Notes: generated from the sequence alone by a model not told the origin. Shown: positions 47,131 through 59,529, numbered from the stretch's first letter. The stretch: DNA of 64,000 nucleotides from Lama glama (GCA_028534125.1 CM052824.1:59954001-60018000), one strand, 5' to 3'. Made by a program: numbers and translations.

Positions 47131-50069
47131 TCCCTGTGCATGCCAGGTTGCCCCTCTCTGCCCGCAGCCCTGTGAAGCCTGCTCCATCCGCTGACTTAGC
47201 GTGACCCCCAGGCGGAGAGGACAGGGCCGCGCAGGCCGTGCAGGTGCACAGAGGTGGGGTCAATGAACAGGCAGGCTGATGGGTGGACACCGGGAGACCC
47301 CACCCCACCTTGGACTCAGTCTAGAGGGTGGGGCCACAAAGCCGGTCTCAGGAAGGTGGGGGCCTCACCTCCCGGTGCTGAGTGCGCCCTGTTGACCGGA
47401 CGTCTGTCTCGCACCATGTGCGGGGCACCCTGGGCTGGGGGCAGGGGCACCCTGTCCCTGCAGGTCCAGTGAGGGAGATAAGGCATGGGGAGGGCCCTGA
47501 CCCTCTCAGGGGAAATGGAAGAGGGGAGGAGGGGCCGTTCCTTGCCCTCAGGGGCCACAGGGCAGGGAGGAGGCCTTGGCCTCGCCTGTCCGCCTGTTCT
47601 AGGCCTGGAACGCCGGACCCCCCCACGTTAAGGCAGCAGCCACGCAGCCCCCGGGTAGTGCCTTCCCCACATGCGGGCTTTGCACCACAGACTTCTGAAT
47701 CTCCCTCCGCTGATGCAAAGCTAAGAACATGCAGCCAATAATTAGTTAGTCTAAAACCCTCAACTGTGTCCCAGGGAGACACGTGAACATCAGTGGGCCA
47801 CGAGGAGCCGAGCCCCAGGAGGTAACATGTCCTGAGCCCCTTCCATGAGCCCAGCCCGCCCCCAGCTCCCTGGGGGCAGACACCACGTGGACGGAGCTCC
47901 CAGGGGAGATCAACATCTCGGGCCGCCTGACGCCGGCTACGCACACACCCAGGGGAGAGCCCTCCACCTCGGCCACTGGGGTTTTATTCCCGAGTCGTGA
48001 GAACTGCAGGTGTCAATGGGCCCAGCCCCTGCTCGGAGCCCAGTAGGCCCTTCGTGCACAGACTCCAACAGCTCAGGCCTCCTGCAGGCTGGCCCTGCAG
48101 ACACAAGCTGGCGACGGGATCCTGGACCACAGAAACTCGCTTCCCAGAGACTCTGCCCTGAATGAAGCTGTGAATCAGATTCCCCAGGGTTGGAGCACTT
48201 CCGGGCGCTGGCCGTCTCTGGAAGCTTCCAGAAGCTGCTTCTTCCTGCAGCCCACGAGGGCAATGTGTCCCAACCTGGCCAGCCCTGGTCACACGGGGCA
48301 CACGGAGCTGCTGGGCACACGGGGCACCTCTGGGCTGGGGGCTGGTCTCGTTACACGGGGCCACAGCCCTCACATGCCTGGTCCAGCCTGTTCAGCCCGT
48401 GAGACAGGGAGCAGGGGTGGAGTGTGTGCAGAGAGGTCTGAGGAGGCTTGGGGTGGGCAGGTCTAGGGGACAGAGGACAGGAGGAGCTGGGAACCCCAGG
48501 ACTCCTGAGGCCTCGTGGCTGGGCCACTTCCTTCTGCCCAGGGCAGCGGTGGGCAGACCCAGGCCGGAGGCGAAGCCAGGCTCGGTCAGCCTCGGAGGCA
48601 GGAGTACCCTCTCCCTGGCACGCAGGTCCACCTCCCGCTGACCGTGACGGGCAGTCTGGCCCCAGCACCGGAGCTGAGAGACACAGGCCAGGTTCTGCGC
48701 AGTCCCGGCCGGCGGTTCCGCCTGCTGGCCTCCGCCTCCAGCCCGTTCTGTGGGTGGCGAAGTGATTTACGGCCCCAGGCCGTTCTGCGCCCGGGGCTTC
48801 CTGGCAGCAGGAGCTGAGCCTGGCCGGCCCGGCTGGCGGTGGGGCTCGGGTGCCCATGCCTCTCGCTGGTGCAGCTCCCGGGGGCTCCCGTTTTGTGGCC
48901 ATTCCTGGAGTTGGTCGGCAGCGACCGGAGAGTGAACTCTTCGCCCTAGACGTCTGGCGGTCGCCGTTCTCCAAGGCCGCGCGCTGTCGCGGTGTCTCGG
49001 GCCGGTGCCTCCAGGGCCCAGAGGAGCCCTCCCACTGGGGGTGCGGCTGGGGGAGGCAGCCTCCACAACCTGGGGGACACTTTCAGCTCCTGGCATGGAA
49101 GGATTGGCCCTTTGAGCCTGACCTTGCGATTTCCAGGACCCCAGAGGGGCCTGGCTGCCCGGCCGCTGCCCGGCGGGGCTGGCGGGGCTAGAGGGACTGC
49201 CGGGCAGGCAGCAAGGCCACGCAGTCGCCTGCCCTAGGCCCACGGCTCGAGCCCCTCCGCCCACCACCAGCTGCTCCGCTCCCTTGCGCCGTCTCGCAGC
49301 TTGTCACAAACTTGGACTTCGTGTTTCTGTTTCCTGCCTAAAAAGTGAGAATCAGGCCGAAGACCCCGTCTCTGGGATCCCATCTCCGAAGTGTGTAGCA
49401 GAGCCCGATGGGCCTGGTCGCTGGGAAAGGCTGCTGGTGGGTGGGGGCCTTCAGTGGGTCACAGGGCCTCTGCTCCTCGCAGGGCGGCCTCCAGCACCAG
49501 GACGTTTGCACATCTAGAGGAGGTCCCAGTAGTGTAGTTTCCCTCCAGCAGGAGGCAATGCCCCCGGCCGGCCAGCCTCCTGCTGGAACCGGGGTGAAGC
49601 TAGAGATGGAAGCAGAGCTGAGACTGGACCTGGAGGGTGGAGTCTCCCCTCCCTCTGGGGAGGCTGAAGGCCTGGACCAGGTCATCGCTGATGGCCCTGC
49701 ACCTTCCATGTCCTTGAAATATTAGTGTTCCAGTGCCCTGGTGGGCTTTTGGGCCAGGGTTGGAGGTGAAAGGCCCACCTTGGAGGCCCCATGCTGCCCA
49801 CGTTCTCCCTCCACCCTGTTCGTCGTCTTCGGGAAGCTGAGCCCGAAGGTTGGAGGCCGTGGTTCTGCTGCGGGCTACGGATGGATCTTCCGTTCCTTCA
49901 AGTTGACTTTGGCAGTGAAGGGAGAGGCCCTCTTTGACCAGCCCCAGGTCATCAGAGCCTCAGGGCCACCCGCCTCCCAGGGCTGTCCCCCCGCCCGCAG
50001 CCACACATCCCTGGTGGGGCTCCCTCCCCTCCACAGCCCTCCCTCCGCTGATACCCCACCTAACGGTAC

Positions 50070-50215
50070 TCTTTTAAATGAACGTGTTAATTCTCTTGAC
50101 TCTGCTGTAATTTCTCCCCGTAGTCTATTAATTAAGGGGTCACGATCCGAGAGCATGTTTACCCAATAAGCTTTCATTTTTAATTATCCTAATTGCTTGG
50201 AGATTGACAAAGACT
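50070..50215. promoter_or_regulatory. Putative enhancer island (homeodomain/FOX cluster)
   Basis: TTAATT, TAATTT, ATTAATTAA, TTAATTA, CTAATTG and TGTTTAC (50156-50162) in about 140 bp. Confidence 0.5.
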
Positions 50216-51689
50216 CCGCTCTTCTCCCTCCCTGGTGGATTAGCCGAGGACAGACACATTTGTACACGTGCGCCCCACCCGACACTGGCTGAGGGGCTGG
50301 GCCTGCGTCCACAGTGGGGTCAGGGGCTCCAGGTGGCCCGCTCCTGGCCAGGCCGCCGGAACCCGTGGCCAAGGGGCTGGCAGGCTCACACCCGGGGCCT
50401 GCTCCCCGCATGATCGCACACGTGTGAGAAGGGGAGCCTCGGTGGATGACGGTTTGAGGGCCTGGGGTCCAGACCAGCAGGGGTGTGGGTGCTGGCTGGG
50501 TGGGTGCTAGAGTCAGGGCCAGTCAGCCTGCTGTCACGTCGTCCATGAGCCGCAGGCAGAACTGGCCGCTGGCTGAGCAGGACCTGAACCGACAGCTTGG
50601 CCTCCTTGTGGGGCTTGCTTAGAACCGGCGTCAAGGTCCTTCCTCCTACGAGTGAGTGGGGCTTCCTGTGGGCCAGGCCGGGCCTCACCTCCACACTCCC
50701 CCTCACTGATGGAGGGGCTGGTACCCTGCTCCGCCCCGTCTACAGAAGGGGGAACAGCAGCTCCGGTTGCCCAGGGGTCAGTGGGGTGGGTGGCCCTTCA
50801 GCCACTCTGAGAAGCCCGTTCTCATCCCGAGCAGCTCTAAGTCAAAGCACGCGGACACCAGACTGCAAAATGGGGCGGCCGCCGGGCAACCAGTCTGGTG
50901 GCTCCCCCGTAAGTAACACCAGCTCACACCGGGCCCAGCAGGTCCACCCCCAGGGGTCTGCCAGGGAGGACTGAAAGCGGGCTCAGACGGACACCGAAAC
51001 GCGCACGTCCACGGCCGTGCCCGTCACAGCAGCAAAGGTGCAGCAGAGGTGCCCTCCGTGGCCCGGCGGGGAGGACAGTGGTCCATCCGCGCAGTGGGAT
51101 ACTGCTCGGCCCCAGAAAGGAATGCGGGACTGACACAGGCCACGAGGTGGGCGAGCCTCGGAAACACGGCCGGGCGTGAAAGCACACAGACACGAGGGCA
51201 CAGGTGCGACTACATTTAGACGAAGCGTCTGGAACCGGCAAATGCGGATGGAGACACAGGCCCGTCCGTGCCGTGGGCGGTGGTGGTGGGGCGGCTGCTG
51301 GGGACACAGGTCTCCTTGAGGCTCACGAAAATGCCCGGAACCAGGTAGCGGTGGTGCCCGCACATCCTCACGAGCGTAATAAATGCCAGGAAATTGTTCA
51401 CTTTCAAAGAATTAATTTGTGTATTTTGTAAATTTCATCCCAACCGAAAAGAGAAGGGGAGAGGGCAGCCCACTCTCGGTCCAATCCCTCACTTCTCTCC
51501 AAAGGGGGCTGCCCGGCTCCCGCGGAGGCCCCGGCGTCGGGGGTGGAGATCGGCCCAGTCCACCGAGGGAAGCGGAGGGACGGGAGGAGGGGCGCCGCGC
51601 GCCGTGCCTGAGGTCGGTCAGGGGTGGGGGTGCTGCTGTCCTCTCCGGGCGTCCGGCTGGGCCGGGCAGGCCCGCTCATTCCCTGCAAG

Positions 51690-51850
51690 TTTACGTCTCT
51701 TTAATAAAGATTAAGATGTCAGAGGGCCAGCCTTGCACAAAATCCCACTTTTATTAAGTTCTCATTACCAGCTGAAGGGCGAAGCCCGTTTCTGAGCTTC
51801 TGAAGCAGCAAGAAGAAAATCGTTATTAAATATGCGTTTATGGCGACCGG
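51690..51850. promoter_or_regulatory. Putative enhancer island
   Basis: TAATAAA, GATTAA, TTTTATTA and TTTATGGC (posterior HOX/CDX-type) in an AT-rich unique stretch. Confidence 0.4.
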
Positions 51851-52479
51851 AGCTCGTGGTGGCTCTTGCTGACTAAGCGAATGGGCCGCAGGCCTCCCTG
51901 GCTGGACTTGAGGCGATGGGGCCTGGTGGAAAGAGGGACCAGGTGGCCTGCCCTGGGCTTGGCCCACGGGCGCGGGGGCACCGGGGGAGGCCGGGGCTTG
52001 GCTGGCTGGGCCAAGCAGGCTCAGCGTGAGGGTGAGCAGGTCCCAGAGAGCAGAGGGCCTGGGTCCTGGCCAGACGCGGGTCCTGGGGGCCTCATCGGCA
52101 CTGACCGCACGGTGCGTCCCTCCAGCTGGGGTTTGTGTCCTCTCCCCATTACCCACCCGCAGCTCCCACCCCTGCCTCCAGGAAGAACCCCACCGTCCGC
52201 TGTTCCAGGCGGCCCCCAGGGCGAGGCTTCGGAGCAAGGTGTCACAGAGCCGCTGTCATTTCAGGGGCCCTCAGACCAGAAGCGGGTCCTGCTGACTTCA
52301 ACCCCTCCTCCCCTTCCCAGGACCTCAGCGGGGTCCCCTGGACCACAGGTCCCGCACCTGTCTTCTCCTCCTGGGAACCTGGGCGGGGCCGGCCTTCCTC
52401 CCTCCACAGAACGCTCCCTCCATCCTGGGCAGGCCCTCCTGGGACCAGACCCCAAGCCTCTCCGCCCCACCAGGCCGCC

Positions 52480-53330
52480 GGCCAGCGAGCCCAGCAGCTC
52501 TCAGCCCCACCGGATGCGACACCCCTTCAGCTCCCATCCCACTTTCCACTCCGTCCTGCTGCCCCGCCCCCTCGCCCCGCACCTTGCTCCGGCCAGGCCG
52601 GGGGTCAGCTCACAAGGTCCCCAGGCTACAGTCAGCTCTGCCCCGCCTTCCTCATCACCCTCCACACTCCACACGTGCCTGGGTTCTGCCGGCCTCTCCT
52701 CCCCGCTGGTCTCAGCTCCAGGGCTGCAGGGCTCCCCACCAGCCCCGTCCATGCTGGTACTCCCTGGGGGCCACCCCAGCCCCAGGGTCCCTGCCCTCAG
52801 AGATCACATCCAACTGCCCACCAGACGCCCTCTGGGACGTCGACGGCACATCTCGGATGTCAGGTGGACCAGGTCAACCCCCCCCTCCACCCGCCCCTCT
52901 CCCGCTCCTGCCCTGGCTTGCCCGCTCCTGGCACCCCAAAGCTGCCCCAGCCTCCTCGCGTTCATGTGCTGACGCCTCTCCCCCCAAAATACCCCAAACA
53001 CACGGCTTTCATCATCTCCCTGCCCCTCCCTTGACCCCCTGAACGCCTGCCCCTCTGAGCGCCCTGACCCAGGGTGCACTGGACCTCCAGCCCCCTCCTT
53101 GCACTCTGGGGTCCTCGAGCTGCTGTTCGCTCCACCTGGAACGCGCTCAGCTCTGCCCTCCCAGGTCGCTCCTTGGCCTCCGGGACCTCTCCAACGCCGC
53201 CCCCCAGAGGCCTCACGGACACCCCAGCCACGCCCGGGCCACACGGCTCCTGCCTGCTGTCTCTGCGGCCAACGCTTCTGGTCATGGTTACTGCCCACGT
53301 TCTCATGGCTTTGAACTTGGGTTTTGCTGG
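52480..53330 (+). mobile_element. L2 fragment(s), diverged
   Basis: CACATCCAACTGCCCACCAGACGCC..GGACGTC..GGCACATCTC and CTGCTGTTCGCTCCACCTGGAACGC match L2 3' region motifs; the strand is C-rich. Confidence 0.55.
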
Positions 53331-53342
53331 CCTCTGCAATGG

Positions 53343-53686
53343 CGTTGCAGGCTGGACGTCTATGTCCCCCCAGAATACGTATGCCGAAGCCCTCACCCCC
53401 ACTGTGGTGGCGTTTGGAGGTGGGGCCTTTGGGAGGTGATGGGGGTCGGGTGAGGTCAGGCGGGTGGGGCCCAGATGAGATCAGCGTCCTGAGGAGGGAA
53501 CAGAGAGCTTGGTCCCCGCCCGCCCCCCGCCCCGTGCCACATGAGGACTCAGAGAAGACGAGAAGAGAGGCCGCACTGGGCGCAGACTCCTGGACGTCCA
53601 GCCTCCAAAACTGCTGGAGCGAAATGTCTGTTGTCTGAGCCGCCTGGTTGGCGGCACCCCTGTTAGAACATCCCGAGCAGAAGAAG
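53343..53686 (+). mobile_element. MLT1A0-type solo LTR (ERVL-MaLR)
   Basis: TGTCCCCCCAGAAT..GAAGCCCTCACCCCCA..TTTGGAGGTGGGGCCTTTGGGAGGTGAT..TGAGGTCA..GGGTGGGGCCC..CCAGCCTCCAAAACTG..AAATGTCTGTTGTCTGAGCC. Confidence 0.85.
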
Positions 53687-53981
53687 GTGGACAGGCGGGG
53701 GCGCCGCGGGGCGGGGGCGGACGGGTCACAGCCGAGGGGCCGCCGCGGCAGGCGGGCGACCTCCAGCTCAGCCACCTGGGAGCTGTGGGCAACGTCCTGA
53801 CCGCCTGGTGCCTGGAACCCCCGTCTGCAGAGCAGAGTCATCTGCCCTGGGGCGGGAATCGGGTCAGGACAACAGCAGGAAGCGCGTGCTGGGGGCGTGC
53901 GGGGATGGCGTGGGCGCAGAGGAGGCCCCAGCAGATGGTCCCCTGAACCCGTGAATGAAGGAACAGGTGCTGCCCCCCGCT

Positions 53982-54034
53982 GGCCTCTGCCGTCTGACCA
54001 GCGCCCGCCGGCCTCTGCCGTCTGACCGGCGCCC
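53982..54034. repeat. 28-bp tandem duplication (about 1.9 copies)
   Basis: GGCCTCTGCCGTCTGACCAGCGCCCGCC followed by GGCCTCTGCCGTCTGACCGGCGCCC. Confidence 0.9.
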
Positions 54035-55467
54035 ACTTCTCCAAAGGATGGTGGCGACTTCTCCCTGTTTCTTATTTAAGGAGTTGCCTCCTTCACCACT
54101 GGTCTTGTCCAGGCAGCCTTTCTGAGGAGTGAAGCCTGAGGTTTGCCAGGCAAGGGGCTGCCACCCAGAGGGAACATGAGCCGTGTCTGCCGGGTGCCGT
54201 GGGGGGACACGCGGGCACCTTGGGGGTCTCGGGGCACGTTCTGCAATGGGTGGAAGTGCTGGGACCCTCTGTGGGCTGTGCTCTGGCTGGTGCCTCTGGG
54301 GGCCCCATGGGTGGAGCCGGGGCAGGTGGCTCAAGCCCGGGGACAGAGGCCCAGAGGCCAGGTGGCGGCCACGCTCCGAGACTGCGGTCCCCGGGCCGGC
54401 CGGCGCCCAGGGCGGTGGGAACAGCTCCCCCACTGTCCGACAGGTGGTCCCGTTTGGCCCGGAGGCCCCGCAGGAGAGCAGCGCTCCCAGCATACCTGGG
54501 ATTGTCCCGGGATTCCAGCCTGAACCTTGTTCTCCCACCCCCAGGGCAAGGCCAGCAGCAAAGCTGGGGGGAGGAGAGACCGGGCCTCAGATGCCATCAG
54601 ATCATCATGCTGGTCCAGGTTCTTGGACTGGCCTTCGCCTCCCTGGGCCTTTGATGCAACTGAAAACCAGACAGAAGACGCTCCAGTGCCTGGAGACACA
54701 CCCAGGGGGAGCTCAGGGGTCACCCCCAGGGACCGAGCGAGGCCAGGCTCCACGGGGACGGTCGAGTCCAGAGGTGGAGCGGGTGCTGACCGCAGCTGAG
54801 CAGAGGCCGCGCCCAGAGGAGCCGCTGTGCTGGCCAGGCCCCTACGGCCTGGGGGGCGTCCTTCTGTAGACAGAGCCAGTTGTATCCCCCACGCTGCATG
54901 GGCAGGTGGGCTCCTCCGGGACAGAGGCTCGTTCTCAAGGAGGGCAGAGGGCATCACTGGCGGCCGCCCGGAGAGTGTGGACGACTCCGCGCTGCCGTTG
55001 ACGGGGGACCAGCCCAGCACGCACCCCTGCTGTCTGCTGCTGTCACTTCGGTCACTTTAGGGCTTCACTGCATTGCTCCCCCACCCCTTGTGTGCTGAGG
55101 GCTTGTCTCTGTGGGTTCTCTGCAAGCCCTACACCTTCCTCCTTCCTCAGGACCCTCAGCAGGGGGCGACTTCATCTCCGGTGTGGGGGACGAGGTGGCC
55201 GGATGCAGGTGGGGACACGGGGGAGGCTCCGTCCCGGACTTCCGGGTCCACATTGCCTCCGTGGTTCTGTCCAGACCCTGTAAGACCGCGGCTCCTCCTG
55301 GCTGGCTCTGCCTCGTTGAAAGCCATCAAGTCACCCGCGGGTGCTGACCCTGGGCTCCCTCGTGCTAACTGAGGGAGTCCCGGGACTTCCAGGTCCAGGC
55401 ACCCGCCACGTCGGCGCCGTCCACTGATGGAGCAAACAGATCCTGGTCTGTCGAGGAGACTCATGAC

Positions 55468-55600
55468 GTGTTGCTAAGAGCACGGAGCCTGATGACCCGG
55501 GTTTAGACCCCGGCTCTAACCTCAGAGCTGTGCAGCACTGCGTCGGTTACTGACCCTCTCTGTGCCTTGTTCCCTCACCTGCAGAATGGGCTCCTGCTTG
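55468..55600 (+). mobile_element. MIR
   Basis: TAAGAGCACGG..CCGGGTTTAGACCCCGGCTCT..GCTGTG..CCTCTCTGTGCCTTGTTCCCTCACCTGCAGAATGGG. Confidence 0.75.
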
Positions 55601-56259
55601 CGTGTTGGCCCCGTAGCCAGCCTTCTGTAGCAGGTGTAAGTGTCTGAAGAAACACCAGCCCAACACCCGCTCACACTTTCAGTCTTTCCCTGGAAAACAG
55701 CGTGCGCGGGAGCGAGCCTTCGATTCAGCCTGGGGCAGGCAGGCAGGCGGCTTGGAAGGGGAAAGGGGTAGAGGGTGTGCACGTTATCCCATGTCGTCCT
55801 GCCGCCTCATGGCCCAGAGCAGCAGCCTGACAGGCTCCCTTTAACCAAGAAGCCAAGGAAGCTGCAGCCCTGACCCACTGCCCGCTGAGCAAACCCGCCC
55901 CTTGGGGACGGTTCTGAGCCGGGACTGGAGTGGCTGAGAAGGAAAGGCCAGCTCTCCCAGGCTGCCTCGTCAACGGGGGCGGCCAGGCTGTCACAGCCCC
56001 GAGCCTCTGCGTGTCACCTGCAGAGGCAGACGCGTCACCTGGGAGTCTGGCCCCAGGGGCGCCCGAGCAGGTCCCCCCACCAGGCGCGGAGTGTGGGTGG
56101 GCGGGGGCTGTCCTGTGTGCCGTCCCCGCCCGGCCGGCGCTCAATAGCCGGCGCTCGGGGCCCTGTTTACCAGGGCGGGAGAGAGGGCCTCTCGCTGCTG
56201 AGCAAACAGACTTTCCAAAGGCCTCTGCTTTCTCACCCGTCCAGCTTTCCAAACCCACA

Positions 56260-56490
56260 TTATGAATTGGCGGGCTTATCAGAAGGGCCGTCTGGCAGTT
56301 AAAAGATGTTTCCACGCATTGTGCGGCTGCATGGAAACCAAGTCATGTCAGCCCCGAGGACAAAGGAACCCAAGGGTTTGAAACGCAAAAATATTTTGAC
56401 CCGGCTACATCATTTTTCAAAGGAAAAAAGTAATTCACGGCTCACAATTCACTTGCTATCTCGCAGGAAGTCCTGTATTTCTTATTAACT
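56260..56490. promoter_or_regulatory. Putative enhancer island
   Basis: AT-rich unique stretch with CTTATC (GATA), CATTGT/ACAAT (SOX), CAGGAAG (ETS) and TAATT. Confidence 0.35.
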
Positions 56491-56699
56491 CCCCGAGGCC
56501 CGCTCCTCCGGGTGAGAGGTCAGCGCCGAGGGCCGGCGTGTGAGGGGCATTTACGGCTTCTCTTTCCGTCTCTTCCTGTTGTTTTTTCTTTCAGTGCCGG
56601 CTCCTGTTTTTGCGAGGTACTCGCCACCGAGCTGCTCCGTGCCTTATCTCCAGGGTCCTTCCAGACCAGGAACTCAAGCCGGGCACAGGGTGTTTGCCC

Positions 56700-56805
56700 T
56701 GCATTGCCAGGTCGGAAACCAGGGCCCCGAGAGGGTAAGTGACTTGCCCCGGGTCACACCCACAGACGGCGGAGCCAGAACCGGAGATCCTGCGGTCTGA
56801 TCCCT
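56700..56805 (-). mobile_element. MIR fragment
   Basis: GGAAAC..GAGAGGGTAAGTGACTTGCCCCGGGTCACAC..GGCGGAGCCAG..GGTCTGA. Confidence 0.7.
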
Positions 56806-56876
56806 CTGGGGATGTCCTCTCCAGGGCTCTTGGGTTCCCTCGTGGACTGATGGTGCCTGGTGGAACCGCAGGGGCT

Positions 56877-57063
56877 CATCACCAGCACCATCGTCATTAT
56901 CATCGTCAGCGTCATCGCCATCACTGTTACGTCCATCAGCATCATCACCATGACAACCATCCTCATCACAAGCACCACCATCCTCACCTCCATCACCTGC
57001 ATCTTCACCGCCACAAACATCTGCATCACAGTCACCACTGTCATCATCTCCATCACCATCTCC
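56877..57063. repeat. Degenerate (CAT/CAC)n low-complexity repeat
   Basis: About 185 bp of CATCAC-type triplets; reads as His-rich or Ile/Thr-rich depending on frame. Confidence 0.9.
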
Positions 57064-57069
57064 CTGGTC

Positions 57070-57235
57070 TCGCTCTGAGCCCTCTGCAGGTGCCTGGTGC
57101 TATCTTAAGTGTGCTTTGCCCACAGCAACTCATACAATCACTGACAACTTTGGGGCAGGAACCATTATCATCTACATTTTATAGATGAGGAAATTGAGGT
57201 GCTGAGAAGATAATGAAGTCCTCTGACAGAGTCCT
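57070..57235 (-). mobile_element. MIR
   Basis: CTGAGC..GTGCCTGGTGCT..TAAGTG..ATTATCATCTACATTTTATAGATGAGGAAATTGAGG. Confidence 0.8.
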
Positions 57236-57465
57236 TTGCCTTTCAAGAAGTTTTCCTGCCACCAAATCCACACCCGACCCCAGCTCCTACTAAGCGCTGC
57301 AGACAGCCCTCCCTGTGGCTACTGGAGCGGCGTGGAGGAGGCTGGGCAGAGAGGCAGCCTGTGGGGTCAGGCTGAGCAAGGTCCCCGACAGCCTCTGAAG
57401 CCTTGTCTGGGGGCCCGGCTCCCAGAAGCACAGGAAAGGGGACAGCTCAGCAAGTGCCCCCGCGG

Positions 57466-57504
57466 CAGGGCAGGGCAGGGCAGGGCAGGGCAGGGCAGGG
57501 CAGG
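57466..57504. repeat. (CAGGG)7 pentanucleotide repeat, G-quadruplex-capable
   Basis: Seven perfect CAGGG units plus CAGG. Confidence 0.95.
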
Positions 57505-58539
57505 CCTGGCTCATGCAGCCAAGGCTGTCTCTCCCTGTAGGAACAGCGGACAGTTTGCCCCGAGCATGCGATGTAGAAGAGGGGCGGCGACACAGACTCC
57601 CCTCCTGCCGTGTCGTCGGGGCTCCTGAGGAGGCGCACAACATGTCATGTGGGGAAACCGGGGGCCCGGAGAGGGGCGAGGGCTTCGAGGGGGATGGCAG
57701 TGACACTTCGGGGGCCCAAAGGTGATTATGAAAGAAGAGCCACGGGTGTTTAATAAGGGAGCAGGGTGAGGGGCACATGAGCAGCGCCTGCTGCGGGAAC
57801 GGGAGGGAAGGCCGGACGCAGCGGGACAACCAGTAAGACCAACCAGAGCCGCGGCGGGAGCCAGCCCCGGCGGGGGCGGGGGCGGGGGCGGGGGTGCACC
57901 TGGCACCTGGCTCGGGGGTCACACGCTTCCCATCCAGACCCCAAGGCAGGCGGACAGCCCCGGAGGGTGAGCCGCGGGCTGGTCTGCAAAACGTCTTGCT
58001 CCCCCAGCCCTGGGCCTTCTGTGGGAGCAGGTTCGCCAGGCACCGTCTGTGTGACCTTAGGTGGGTGGGCTCACCTGTCTGAGCCCCAGGGAAGAGGAGC
58101 AGCTGTCTGGTGGGGCGGCTGTGAGGCCCCTGAACTCTCCAGCTGAGACCGAAGCGCACGGGACACAGCAGTCTGTCTCCTGAGTCTCCCTGAGTCCTGG
58201 CCCCAGAGTGGCCTGACTTTGTTTACGAAAGATACAGTCACTGTGCCCCGGGCACAGGCCTGTCCTCCTCACCCACGAGGCATCTGGCGCTGAGCCCCGT
58301 CCTGGGACCTGCCGGTCAGCACCGCCCCGGACCCTCCTCCTGGGGGAGCTTCGAGAGACACAGGCCTCCAGTGGGGCCGGTCCTGCCTCCCGGAAGCTGC
58401 ACGCGGGCAGACCCGGGACAAAGATGCCCATCGGCCCCTGTGTGGCCGCCAATCCAGACCTTCCCGAGGGCAAACTTGATGTTTTTCTCCACCTTCCTGG
58501 TTCCCTTTTATTCTGCCTCTGCACTTCTCGTCCAAAACA

Positions 58540-59230
58540 GAAACACAAAGGGAGGAAATCTATTCAAAATTCCTCCTCCTCGTTTCATTTTTGCAGCTCT
58601 CCAGGGTGCCCACGTTTCAGACTCTCTTCCGATAATTATCTGCCCTTTCGGGGCCTCGGTAACCCAGAGCCTGGGGTTTGGGCAGCAAGAAGAAAGCTTC
58701 GGCCTGGCGACAGCACCCGGGGCGTCCCCGTCACACCGAGAGCCATGGGCACCCCGGCCCCGTGCGCCCGGCGCGGGTCTGAGAAGTAGATTTTTATTAT
58801 TGTTATTATTTTCTCTCTGACTCTCTCTACTCTCAGCTGATCCATGATGAACACCACATCAGACTCTTTTTATGCGATCGTTTTCCATCCCTGACAACGC
58901 AAACATTTCTGTGGCTAATACTCTGAATCTTGGCCATTGCTGAGAAGTAACAGAGGCGAGGTTCCCAAGCGAAATAATAAGTCTTGCCTTTTATGACGTG
59001 ATTTACCAACCCTCTAGTGGAGAAACATCTCGCGAACGGGGCGGAAGACCCCTCGGCCAACACGGCCCCGGCTGATGGAAGCGGGTGCCGGCTAGAAGGA
59101 CGCATCTTGTTAGCGCAGGAACGCCGGTGCCGAAGGAGGAGGTGTCATTCATTCAAAGAAGGAAATATTGTTGAGAAAACAGTGTGCTCACACCACATCT
59201 GTTAGGTTAAGAATCCCACTCTTTCAAATC
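58540..59230. promoter_or_regulatory. Large putative conserved non-coding element
   Basis: AT-rich unique blocks containing the composite TTTTATGAC/TGACGT/TGATTTAC (58989-59006), GATAATTATC and TTCAAAG. Confidence 0.5.
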
Positions 59231-59529
59231 GATTCGTTTTCCTCACAGTTTCCCCATCTACGATACAGGACGCAAAGGAGGAGCTGCCCAGAAAAAGGCT
59301 CCTTAGAATCACCGACCCGCGGGGACGGAGCCAAGCACATGTGACAGGAGGGGGCACTTCTGCCCGAAATGAGCAGAGCAAACAGCACAAGGGCCCTTGG
59401 AGGCTTGCCTGCCACCAGGAGCAACATCTGACCTGGAACGTTGCAGTTGGGCGTCTCCAGGGAAACGGGGGCACTGAGAACAAAGGCTGCAGCCCATCCA
59501 CGCAGGTGACCGAGTCTCAGGACATGAAC

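Noticed and set aside
51866-52972. 368-aa Pro/Ser-rich ORF
   Set aside because: Overlaps a C-rich L2 relic; composition simply reflects base bias.
52804-54036. 410-aa minus-strand ORF (longest in the track)
   Set aside because: Runs through L2 and an MLT1A0 LTR; G/R/A/P-rich composition with no domain; typical of stop-codon scarcity in GC-rich DNA.
40384-55169. CTCF-like motifs (e.g. GCTCCAGGTGGCGC at 40384, TCAGCAGGGGGCGA at 55156)
   Set aside because: 12/14 matches to a GC-rich motif are expected by chance at this base composition; cannot be called without ChIP or conservation data.
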